The notes beneath the pieces were generated by a model. The model had not been told where the DNA came from and made no database searches. It saw nothing but the letters and a program-made list of their open reading frames with translations. From Candidatus Omnitrophota bacterium (GTDB lineage Bacteria > Omnitrophota > Gorgyraeia > JAFGGP01): a stretch of DNA of 26,231 nt. Position numbers and translations under genes: made by a program. Shown piece after piece: positions 7,962-15,650 of the stretch (position 1 is its first letter; each line of letters opens with the position of its first letter). The stretch lies in assembly GCA_016930485.1 (NCBI GenBank), contig JAFGGP010000027.1:1-26231 (forward strand), written 5' to 3'.

Positions 7962-10556
7962 ATGATTAGCACAGGCATACCAGGTTTAGATACAGTTCTT
8001 ACGGGTTTAAAACTGGGGGACAATGTAGTCTGGCAGATAGACGATATACAGGACTACATTGATCTCGTGGAGCCTTTTGCCGAGCAAACGCTCAAGGAAA
8101 ATAAACGTCTTGTCTATATGAGATTTGCCTCACACCAGGAGATGTTGAAACCTTCAGAAAACATTCAGCGATATGAACTGGATGCATTTGAAGGATTTGA
8201 ATCTTTTGCCACAAAGGTGAACAATATTATTACCGAAGAAGGCGAAGGCGTATATTATGTCTTTGATTGTCTTTCAGAACTGCTTTCTGCCTGGGCAACC
8301 GACCTTATGATAGGCAACTTTTTTGTGGTAACCTGTCCGTATCTCTTCGAACTAGGTACAGTCACGTATTTTTCGATCTTCCGGACAAATCATTCTTTTA
8401 AATCCATAGCGCGCATTCGTGAGACAACTCAGTTATTACTGGATGCGTACCGGTGCGAAGGCCATTTTTATATTCATCCTTTAAAAGTATGGAAACGTTA
8501 TTCACCCACCATGTTTCTTCCTCATCAAAAAGAAGGCGACGTATTTGTCCCTATTACCGATAGCGTTAATGCCGTGAAACTCCTTTCATATATGCGTGAG
8601 AAAGGGGCAGAAAGCGCAAAGAGGAATCTGGACTACTGGGATCGTCTGTTTCTTGAGGCTGAAGAGCTGCTTGATGACAAGGCCAATAAAAAGCAAGTTA
8701 ACGACATGAAAGAAAAGCTTTGCAGTCTCATGATTGGTAAGAGTGAAAAAATCCTCGATTTAGCACAGCAGCACTGTTCACTTGTAGAGCTTTTAGAGAT
8801 CAAATCCCGATTGATAGGAACAGGATATATCGGTGGCAAGAGTGTAGGTATGCTTTTGGCAAGAAAGATTCTTTCAAAGAGCAAGTTGCTCGATTGGCAG
8901 AATCTTTCAGAGCCGCACGACTCTTTTTACATTGGGTCTGACATATTCTATTCCTACATGGTGCAGAATCAATTGTGGAAGCTCCGCATGCAGCAGAAGA
9001 CAGAAGACGGGTATTTTAGCGTAGCAAAAGATATCCAAGAGAAGATACTCGCCGGGACATTCCCTGAGGAGATTATGGAGCACTTCCACCAGATTATAGA
9101 GTATTTTGGTATGTCTCCTATAATCATTCGCTCCAGTTCGCTTCTGGAAGATGGCTTTGGAAATGCGTTTGCCGGAAAATATGAAAGCGTGTTTCTGGCT
9201 AATCAGGGAAATCCTGAACGTCGGTACAAGGAATTTGCCGCGGCTGTAAAAAAGATTTACGCAAGCACTATGAGTGAAAATGCGCTGGTATACAGAAAAA
9301 AGAGAGGTCTTGATAAGATGGATGAGCAGATGGCTCTTCTGGTGCAGCGTGTTTCAGGATCGCATAACGGTAACTATTTCTTTCCTGATCTGGCGGGAGT
9401 GGGTGTATCGCATAACATTTATATGTGGAATGAAAGCATGGATCCAAAAACAGGTATGCTGCGTTTGGTATTTGGGCTGGGCACAAGGGCGGTCGATCGC
9501 GTCGAGGGCGACTATCCACGAATGGTGGCGCTCGATAATCCTCTGCAAAGGCCATATGCACAGAAGAGCGACCTGCGCAAATTTTCACAGCATAAGGTAG
9601 ACGTTATAAACATACAAGACAATGAATTTCAAGTTATTCCTTTCGAGGAGCTGATACGCCAAAAAGCCTATGAAGACATACATCGTGTTGCTATCAAAGA
9701 CGATGAGGCTATAGGCATGATGAGCCGCTCGGGCAGAGAAGACAGGGAATACTGGATTTTGACACTGGATAAGGTGTTTAAAGACGACGCATTCGCGGAG
9801 GCCTTTACAAACATATTGCGGACACTCGAAGATAGCTATAATTATCCTGTGGAAATAGAGTTCACCGTCAATTTTACCGGCCAGGACACTTTTAAAATAA
9901 ACGTCCTTCAGTGTAGACCGCTTCAGGCACGAGGACACCGACCAAGGGTTGAAATGCCTAAGGATGTCAAAAAAGAAGACACGCTTTTTGAATCATACGG
10001 CTATTTTCTTGGCGGCAATGTTCTTCAGGAGATCAAGAGAGTGATTTATGTTGATCCGGAAGAATACATCAGGCTCATATTGCCGGATAAATATGAAATT
10101 GCCCGTATTGTAGGCAGACTGAATGCATCCATAGAGGACAGAGAGAAGATGCCTACTCTTCTTATGGGGCCTGGCAGGTGGGGTACAACAACACCGTCCT
10201 TAGGCGTGCCGGTCAGCTTTTCCGAGATAAACAATGTAGCAGCTCTTGCAGAGATTGCTTTTCCGGCCGGCAATCTTATGCCTGAATTATCCTTTGGAAC
10301 GCATTTTTTCCAAGACTTGGTTGAGACCAATATTTTCTACGTTGCACTATTCCCTGATAAGGAAGATGTTATTTATGACAATTCATTATTCAAGAAAGAG
10401 CTGAATCTGCTTCCAGAGTTTCTGCCTCAATCTATCAGATACCAGAATGTTGTTGGTATGTATGATGTAGGGACTAAGGGGTTGAAGATTATATCAGACG
10501 TTATCTCCCAGAAGATTATCTGTTTTTCAGGTGCAAAGAAGACATCCAATCGATAA
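7962..10556 (+). CDS. multidomain protein: N-terminal KaiC/RadA-like RecA-fold domain lacking a Walker A, central PPDK_N / PEP-synthase-type nucleotide-binding domain, and a C-terminal region of about 220 aa of unknown function
   Basis: N-terminus: MISTGIPGLDTVLTGLKLGDNVVWQIDD shows the KaiC entry motif but no GxxxxGK[ST]. VYYVFDCLSE is Walker-B-like. Middle: IGGKSVGMLLARKI, IIRSSSLLEDGFGNAFAGKYESVFL and ALLVQRVSG fit the PPDK_N family. I found no GGxxSHAAI phospho-His motif. Confidence 0.7.
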   Translation: MISTGIPGLDTVLTGLKLGDNVVWQIDDIQDYIDLVEPFAEQTLKENKRLVYMRFASHQEMLKPSENIQRYELDAFEGFESFATKVNNIITEEGEGVYYVFDCLSELLSAWATDLMIGNFFVVTCPYLFELGTVTYFSIFRTNHSFKSIARIRETTQLLLDAYRCEGHFYIHPLKVWKRYSPTMFLPHQKEGDVFVPITDSVNAVKLLSYMREKGAESAKRNLDYWDRLFLEAEELLDDKANKKQVNDMKEKLCSLMIGKSEKILDLAQQHCSLVELLEIKSRLIGTGYIGGKSVGMLLARKILSKSKLLDWQNLSEPHDSFYIGSDIFYSYMVQNQLWKLRMQQKTEDGYFSVAKDIQEKILAGTFPEEIMEHFHQIIEYFGMSPIIIRSSSLLEDGFGNAFAGKYESVFLANQGNPERRYKEFAAAVKKIYASTMSENALVYRKKRGLDKMDEQMALLVQRVSGSHNGNYFFPDLAGVGVSHNIYMWNESMDPKTGMLRLVFGLGTRAVDRVEGDYPRMVALDNPLQRPYAQKSDLRKFSQHKVDVINIQDNEFQVIPFEELIRQKAYEDIHRVAIKDDEAIGMMSRSGREDREYWILTLDKVFKDDAFAEAFTNILRTLEDSYNYPVEIEFTVNFTGQDTFKINVLQCRPLQARGHRPRVEMPKDVKKEDTLFESYGYFLGGNVLQEIKRVIYVDPEEYIRLILPDKYEIARIVGRLNASIEDREKMPTLLMGPGRWGTTTPSLGVPVSFSEINNVAALAEIAFPAGNLMPELSFGTHFFQDLVETNIFYVALFPDKEDVIYDNSLFKKELNLLPEFLPQSIRYQNVVGMYDVGTKGLKIISDVISQKIICFSGAKKTSNR

Positions 10557-10598
10557 CAGTTGTATTATTTTTTTACCTTTAACCGAGGGAGGTGGATT

Positions 10599-11567
10599 AT
10601 GGCCGAAGTTGCGGAAATTAAATCGGTAGACCTGAACCCTCAGGAGTTTATCGAGACGCAGATAGCCGACATCGCGAGGCTGGTAGGGGGCGGCACGGCG
10701 ATTAACGCGCTATCCGGCGGGGTTGATTCTTCTGTGGTGACAATGCTGGGTCATAGGGCGCTGGGCGATAGCCTGAAGACATACTTTATAGATAATGGCA
10801 TTATGAGAGAGGGTGAGCCCCAGCGGATAGTGAATCTGTTTAAGGGGTTGGGCGTTACGGTTGAGATAGTGGACGCCAAAGAGAAATTTTTCAATGCGTT
10901 AAAGGGCATCACCGATCCTGAAGAAAAAAGAGAGGCGATCACCCAGACATTCTACAAGGATGTCTTCGGTCGCCTGGTGCGGGCGAGCGGAGCAAGGTAT
11001 TTGCTCCAGGGAACAATCCTTACGGATATCGATGAGACCGTAGCCGGCATTAAAAGACAGCACAATGTCTTTGAGCAGCTGGGTATCAATCCTGAGGCAG
11101 CCTTTGGTTACAAGATTATCGAACCGGTAGTGCAGCTGCGTAAAGACGGGGTAAGAAAAGTAGCAAAGGTCCTCGGCCTGCCCGAGTCGATATATAACCG
11201 CATGCCGTTTCCCGGGCCGGCACTTTCGGCACGTGTTATCGGCGAGGCAACCCCGGAGCGAATAGCCCTGGTAAGGGCGGCTACCCGGATTGTCGAAGAA
11301 GAGCTCAGGTCTACGGGGGCGTTCCAGTATATGGCCATCCTTCATCAGGACAGGGTAACGGGGATGCGTGACGGCAAGAGGGATTTTGGTCTTCAGATAG
11401 AGATACGGTGCTGGGACAGCGTTGATGCCCGCCTGGCGGCGCCAACGAGGCTGCCTTACGAGATACTGGATGCCCTTGCCAGGCGGATTATAGCAGAGGT
11501 GGCGGGTGTGGCGAGTGTTACGTACAATATAACAACGAAACCGCCTTCAACCATGGAGGCGGTATAG
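10599..11567 (+). CDS. guaA: GMP synthase ATP-pyrophosphatase subunit (GuaA subunit-B type: PP-loop domain plus C-terminal dimerisation/XMP domain), standalone
   Basis: PP-loop ALSGGVDSSV. HNVFEQLG. MPFPGPALSARVIGE. C-terminal VTYNITTKPPSTMEAV resembles the canonical GuaA end ...KPPATIEWE. SD GGGAGGTGG precedes the ATG at 10599. No glutamine amidotransferase domain is adjacent. Confidence 0.8.
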   Translation: MAEVAEIKSVDLNPQEFIETQIADIARLVGGGTAINALSGGVDSSVVTMLGHRALGDSLKTYFIDNGIMREGEPQRIVNLFKGLGVTVEIVDAKEKFFNALKGITDPEEKREAITQTFYKDVFGRLVRASGARYLLQGTILTDIDETVAGIKRQHNVFEQLGINPEAAFGYKIIEPVVQLRKDGVRKVAKVLGLPESIYNRMPFPGPALSARVIGEATPERIALVRAATRIVEEELRSTGAFQYMAILHQDRVTGMRDGKRDFGLQIEIRCWDSVDARLAAPTRLPYEILDALARRIIAEVAGVASVTYNITTKPPSTMEAV

Positions 11568-11597
11568 CGAGGTAGCCGTTTCTGAAAAAACTGTGCC

Positions 11598-11688
11598 GGC
11601 CCTGTGTGTTCGTTTTCTGTGGAGGGGCGCGTGCGGATTCAACGTTGTGCCGTTCTCAGAAGACGAACGTCGGCGTGAGTGCAGGGCC
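11598..11688 (+). other. structured intergenic element: an 11-bp stem (11609-11619 / 11657-11667) nested inside a 7-bp GGCCCTG/CAGGGCC pairing, with a central CAACGTTG palindrome. The 3' half contains the 13-bp DNA palindrome TGCAGGGCCTGCA.
   Basis: TTCGTTTTCTG pairs with CAGAAGACGAA (one G.U). GGCCCTG (11598-11604) pairs with CAGGGCC (11682-11688). No T-run follows, so this is not a classic terminator. It lies between guaA-like and trpB2. Confidence 0.35.
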
Positions 11689-11742
11689 TGCAATAAGAAA
11701 AAGTGAATATCATAGCAGATACAGAGCGGAGGCTTGGTGATT

Positions 11743-13110
11743 ATGGACGACAAAAAGGTGTATTTAAGTGAACGGGATATCCCGCGCCAGTGGTATAACC
11801 TGGCGGCGGATCTGCCGACTTCTCCGAGGCCTCCTCTGGGTGCTGACGGCAGACCGATTACACCGGATATGTTATCGGCGGTTTTTCCAATGAATTTAAT
11901 AGAGCAGGAGGTGAGCACCAAGCGCTGGATCGACATACCCGAGGAGGTGCTTGAGATTCTGTACCGCTGGCGGCCGTCCCCCCTGAGGCGTGCGGTGTAC
12001 TTAGAGCGACATTTAAAGACGCCGGCGCGCATTTACTACAAAGACGAAAGTCTCAGTCCTCCCGGCAGCCACAAACCAAATACCGCGGTCGCCCAGGCAT
12101 GGTATAACAAACAATTCGGGATAAAGAGGCTGACGACGGAGACAGGGGCCGGGCAGTGGGGCAGCGCACTTGCTTTTGCCTGCAACCTGATAGGTCTTGA
12201 GTGTAAGGTGTATATGGTCAGGATCAGCTTTGATCAGAAGCCGCTCAGAAAAAGTATGATGCGGATATGGGGCGGCACGTGCGTGGCCAGTCCGAGCGAC
12301 CAGACAGAGTTCGGAAGAAGGATATTGCGGGAAATGCCTGATACGCCCGGCAGTCTGGGAATAGCGATCAGCGAGGCCATAGAAGAGGCGGTGAGCGATG
12401 CCTCCGGAAAAACGCGCTACTCACTCGGCAGCGTGCTCAATCACGTAATGCTGCACCAGACGATTATCGGGCTTGAGGCCCAAAAACAACTCGCACTCAT
12501 AAACGAAAAACAGCCCGATATTATTATCGGCTGCGCTGGCGGGGGAAGCAATTTCGCGGGGCTTGCCTTTCCCTTTGTGAACGACAAAATAAACGGGGCA
12601 CATATTACTATTATACCTACCGAGCCGACGGCCTGTCCGACTCTGACAAAGGGGCCGTTTGCCTATGACTTTGGCGATACCGCCTGCCAGACTCCGCTTC
12701 TTGCGATGTTTACCCTGGGACACGGTTTTGTCCCGCCCCCGATACATGCGGGAGGGCTGAGGTATCACGGTATGGCCCCTCTGGTGAGCCATGCGGTCAG
12801 GGAGGGTTTGCTCGAGCCGCGTTCCTATGACCAGATCAGATGTTATGAAGCGGCTCTCACATGGGCGCGGACAGAGGGTTTCATATGTGCCCCTGAGACA
12901 AGCCATGCGGTTGCCTGTGTTATCGATGAGGCGAACAGGGCTAAAAAAGAGGGCAGAGAAAAGGTTATTTTAATGAATTACAGCGGTCACGGGCTTATGG
13001 ATCTTGCGGGTTATAACAAATTTCTCGACGGGGAATTGACAGAGTATCATTTGCCGGAGGAGGAATTGCGAAGATCTCTGGCGGCCATCAAAGATTTGCC
13101 AAAGCCGTAG
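11743..13110 (+). CDS. trpB2: tryptophan synthase beta-subunit paralog TrpB2 (PLP-dependent, indole-scavenging type)
   Basis: Length about 455 aa with an N-terminal extension. PLP lysine context [26 protein letters not shown] glycine-rich loop. Alternative in-frame starts exist at GTG 11737 and TTG 11734 after SD GGAGG. No trpA is adjacent. Confidence 0.85.
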   Translation: MDDKKVYLSERDIPRQWYNLAADLPTSPRPPLGADGRPITPDMLSAVFPMNLIEQEVSTKRWIDIPEEVLEILYRWRPSPLRRAVYLERHLKTPARIYYKDESLSPPGSHKPNTAVAQAWYNKQFGIKRLTTETGAGQWGSALAFACNLIGLECKVYMVRISFDQKPLRKSMMRIWGGTCVASPSDQTEFGRRILREMPDTPGSLGIAISEAIEEAVSDASGKTRYSLGSVLNHVMLHQTIIGLEAQKQLALINEKQPDIIIGCAGGGSNFAGLAFPFVNDKINGAHITIIPTEPTACPTLTKGPFAYDFGDTACQTPLLAMFTLGHGFVPPPIHAGGLRYHGMAPLVSHAVREGLLEPRSYDQIRCYEAALTWARTEGFICAPETSHAVACVIDEANRAKKEGREKVILMNYSGHGLMDLAGYNKFLDGELTEYHLPEEELRRSLAAIKDLPKP

Positions 13111-13142
13111 TGCGCTATTACAAGAGGGATAAGGAGACGCTT

Positions 13143-13658
13143 ATGGAAGAGAGAAAAGGGGCGGTTACATTAAAAGGGAGCCCGGTGACGCTGCTGGGTA
13201 GAGAGATTAGGATCGGCGATAAGGCGCCTGCTTTTAGCGTATTAAACCAGGATATGGAGACGGTAAACTCCGGGAAGTTCAGCGGTAAAATTAGGGTCAT
13301 CGCCGCGGTCCCTTCGCTGGATACGCCGATATGCGACAGCTCGATCAAGCGGTTTAATGACGAGGCAACCCGCCTCTCAAAGGATGTCGTGGTTCTTTTT
13401 ATCAGCATGGACCTGCCGTTTGCACAGAAACGGTTCTGTCAGGACAATAATATAAAGAGGGTGAAGACCCTTTCCGATTACAGAGACGCGGATTTCGGAG
13501 AAAAATTCGGCGTACTGATAAAAGAACTCAGGCTTCTGGCCCGTGCCGTCTTTATCGTAGATAAGGACGAGACCGTACGGTATGTGGAGCATGTAAAGGA
13601 AATCGCCACACCGCCGGATTATGAATCGGCGCTTGAGGCGATAAAGAAACTTGTATAA
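13143..13658 (+). CDS. tpx: thiol peroxidase (Tpx-type atypical 2-Cys peroxiredoxin)
   Basis: VTLKGSPVTLLG N-terminus. Peroxidatic Cys in PSLDTPICD. Resolving Cys in KRFCQDNN. SD AAGGAGA precedes the ATG at 13143. The ORF track's 13110 start overlaps the trpB2 stop. Confidence 0.85.
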   Translation: MEERKGAVTLKGSPVTLLGREIRIGDKAPAFSVLNQDMETVNSGKFSGKIRVIAAVPSLDTPICDSSIKRFNDEATRLSKDVVVLFISMDLPFAQKRFCQDNNIKRVKTLSDYRDADFGEKFGVLIKELRLLARAVFIVDKDETVRYVEHVKEIATPPDYESALEAIKKLV

Positions 13659-13669
13659 ACAACATACAG

Positions 13670-15397
13670 ATGCACTATCTTAATGAACAAAACATTTTTC
13701 TTTTTTTAGTACAGCTGGCGATACTGCTTGCACTGACGAGGAGCCTCGGTGAAGTCTTTCGCAGGTGCAAACAGCCGCCCTTGACCGCCGAGCTTCTGGT
13801 GGGCATTATGCTGGGGCCTACCATTCTGGGGCGTCTCTTGCCGCAATGGCACCGGCTGGTATTCCCGGTCGATCCTATTCAGCAGAATATGCTCGAGACG
13901 GTTGCCTGGATAGGTGTGTTATTTCTTCTGCTTGAAACAGGCCTGGAGGTTGACTTTTCTGCCGCGTGGCGCCAGAGGGGAGACGCCCTCACGATCGCCT
14001 TGTGGGACATTATTATCCCTATGGCGGTCGCCTTTATTCCTTGTTTTCTTCTGCCAGCCCATTATTTAGTGGACCCTGATCACAGACTCATTTTTTCCCT
14101 TTTTATGGCAACGGCCATGACGATAAGTGCCATGCCAATAGCGGCAAGGGCGCTGCATGACCTGAAACTTTCAAAGACAGACCTGGGTTTTCTCATAATG
14201 TCCGCCCTCTCTGTAAACGATATTATCGGGTGGCTCCTTTTTACGGTTGTCCTCGGCTTTTTTACCCAGTCACATATTTCCATTTCCACTGTGACGGTGA
14301 TTATCGGGGCCAGCATCGGCTTTGCCTTTTTATGCTTAACACTCGGGCGCGCATTCGCCAATAGTGTGATCTTCAAGATAAAAGAAAAACAAATGCCCCA
14401 GCCGGGCACCTCATTGACATTTATCTGCCTTCTTGGCCTGGTCTGTGGGGCCATTACCCAGAAAATAGGCATACACGCCTTATTCGGTTTTTTTATCGCC
14501 GGTGTTATGGCAGGCGGGGCCAGAGAGCTCTCCGAAAGGACCCGCCAGATTATCGCTCAGATGGTATACGCCTTATTTGTCCCGGTTTTCTTCGCTGGAA
14601 TAGGGCTTAAGATAGATTTTTTGCGTAACTTTGACGTTTTTCTTATTGTGTTGATAAGTGTTATCGGCATCCTTGGCAGATTTTTCGGCGCTTGGTTTGG
14701 GACGGGTTTTACCAGTATTTCAAAGGAGAATCGCATTCCGATCGCGATAGCCCACACCCCTGGCGGAGCAATGGAGATAGTAGTGGGCATGCTCGCTCTG
14801 GAATATAATTTAATTACCGAGCCTGTCTTTGTGGCTATCGTATTCGGGGCGGTTATTTCATCGGTGATTATGGGACCATGGCTTAATTATTCCATTAAAA
14901 AACGAAAAGAGGTCAGCGTACTGGAGTATTTCTCGCGCAGGGACGTTATTCATTTGAGGTCGAGCTCGCGAGACAAGGCAATTGGGGAGCTTTGCGAACT
15001 CGCGGCGGAGCATGAGGATATGCCCGGGCTCGATGTGCTGTATTCCGCGGTCCTTGACCGCGAGAACACTATGGGCACGGCACTTGAGGAGGGCATAGCC
15101 GTACCGCACTCACGCCTGCCGAATATCAAAAGACCGGTTATTGTGTTCGGAAGGTCTTTTTCAGGCATAGACTGGAATTCTCCGGATGGAAAACCGGCGC
15201 GGCTGGTTTTTTTAATCTTGACCCCGCAGGATGAGGATATGACGCAGCTGCAGATACTGCGCTTTATCGCCGTCACCATGAGTGACCCAGGGAAGAGGAA
15301 AAGGCTGCTTGAGGCGCATGAGAGCGGGGAGATATGGGACGAGCTGAGAAAGATATTTACACCCCATTTTATCGTTAAAGAAAAGAAGAAGGAGTAG
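13670..15397 (+). CDS. CPA2-family monovalent cation:proton antiporter (Kef/NhaP-like, about 11 TM) fused to a C-terminal PTS EIIA type-2 (PtsN/fructose-type) domain
   Basis: N-terminal LAILLALTRSLGEVFRRCKQPPLTAELLVGIMLGPTILG is a typical CPA2 start. The C-terminal roughly 150 aa read IHLRSSSRDKAIGELCEL...GTALEEGIAVPHSRL..PVIVFGRS..GIDW. This is an EIIA-2 fold with the phosphorylatable His in the IAVPH motif. Confidence 0.8.
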   Translation: MHYLNEQNIFLFLVQLAILLALTRSLGEVFRRCKQPPLTAELLVGIMLGPTILGRLLPQWHRLVFPVDPIQQNMLETVAWIGVLFLLLETGLEVDFSAAWRQRGDALTIALWDIIIPMAVAFIPCFLLPAHYLVDPDHRLIFSLFMATAMTISAMPIAARALHDLKLSKTDLGFLIMSALSVNDIIGWLLFTVVLGFFTQSHISISTVTVIIGASIGFAFLCLTLGRAFANSVIFKIKEKQMPQPGTSLTFICLLGLVCGAITQKIGIHALFGFFIAGVMAGGARELSERTRQIIAQMVYALFVPVFFAGIGLKIDFLRNFDVFLIVLISVIGILGRFFGAWFGTGFTSISKENRIPIAIAHTPGGAMEIVVGMLALEYNLITEPVFVAIVFGAVISSVIMGPWLNYSIKKRKEVSVLEYFSRRDVIHLRSSSRDKAIGELCELAAEHEDMPGLDVLYSAVLDRENTMGTALEEGIAVPHSRLPNIKRPVIVFGRSFSGIDWNSPDGKPARLVFLILTPQDEDMTQLQILRFIAVTMSDPGKRKRLLEAHESGEIWDELRKIFTPHFIVKEKKKE

Positions 15398-15464
15398 CCA
15401 GGAGGTGCATTGCCTGATTTGGTTGAGACTTTTTGTTAGCCACCTCAGGGCAAAGAGATTTTTC

Positions 15465-15500
15465 TATAGGTGACCCTAGTACTATAGTGTATACTATGAA
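15465..15500. promoter_or_regulatory. cluster of palindromic hexamers (CTATAG x2, GTATAC, ACTATG) upstream of pfk2; candidate operator overlapping a candidate -10
   Basis: tCTATAGgtgaccctagtaCTATAGtGTATACtatg. A TATACT or TATAGT -10-like hexamer is embedded. Confidence 0.3.
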
Positions 15501-15522
15501 GTCCTAATGCTGGTTATCCCGC

Positions 15523-15623
15523 GGGACCCAGGAAAACCTGCTTTGCAAAGTGTCGGATAGAGGAACTGTTGAAGGGGAACAAGGAACAAGCCACGGTCTT
15601 CCTCGATCTTTACGTCAGGGTCC
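15523..15623 (+). promoter_or_regulatory. structured 5' leader of pfk2: outer GGACCC/GGGTCC pairing, inner 10-bp stem (15556-15565 / 15599-15608), and a 33-nt purine-rich loop with repeated GGA motifs
   Basis: GATAGAGGAA pairs with TTCCTCGATC (one mismatch). The loop is CTGTTGAAGGGGAACAAGGAACAAGCCACGGTC. SD GGGGGTG precedes the ATG at 15651. Confidence 0.35.
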
Positions 15624-15650
15624 AACGGGTTTACTAATAGGGGGTGCACC

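Noticed and set aside
10899-13000. Several minus-strand ORFs of 148-161 aa overlapping guaA-like and trpB2
   Set aside because: They are antisense to genes with clear family signatures. They have no independent motifs.
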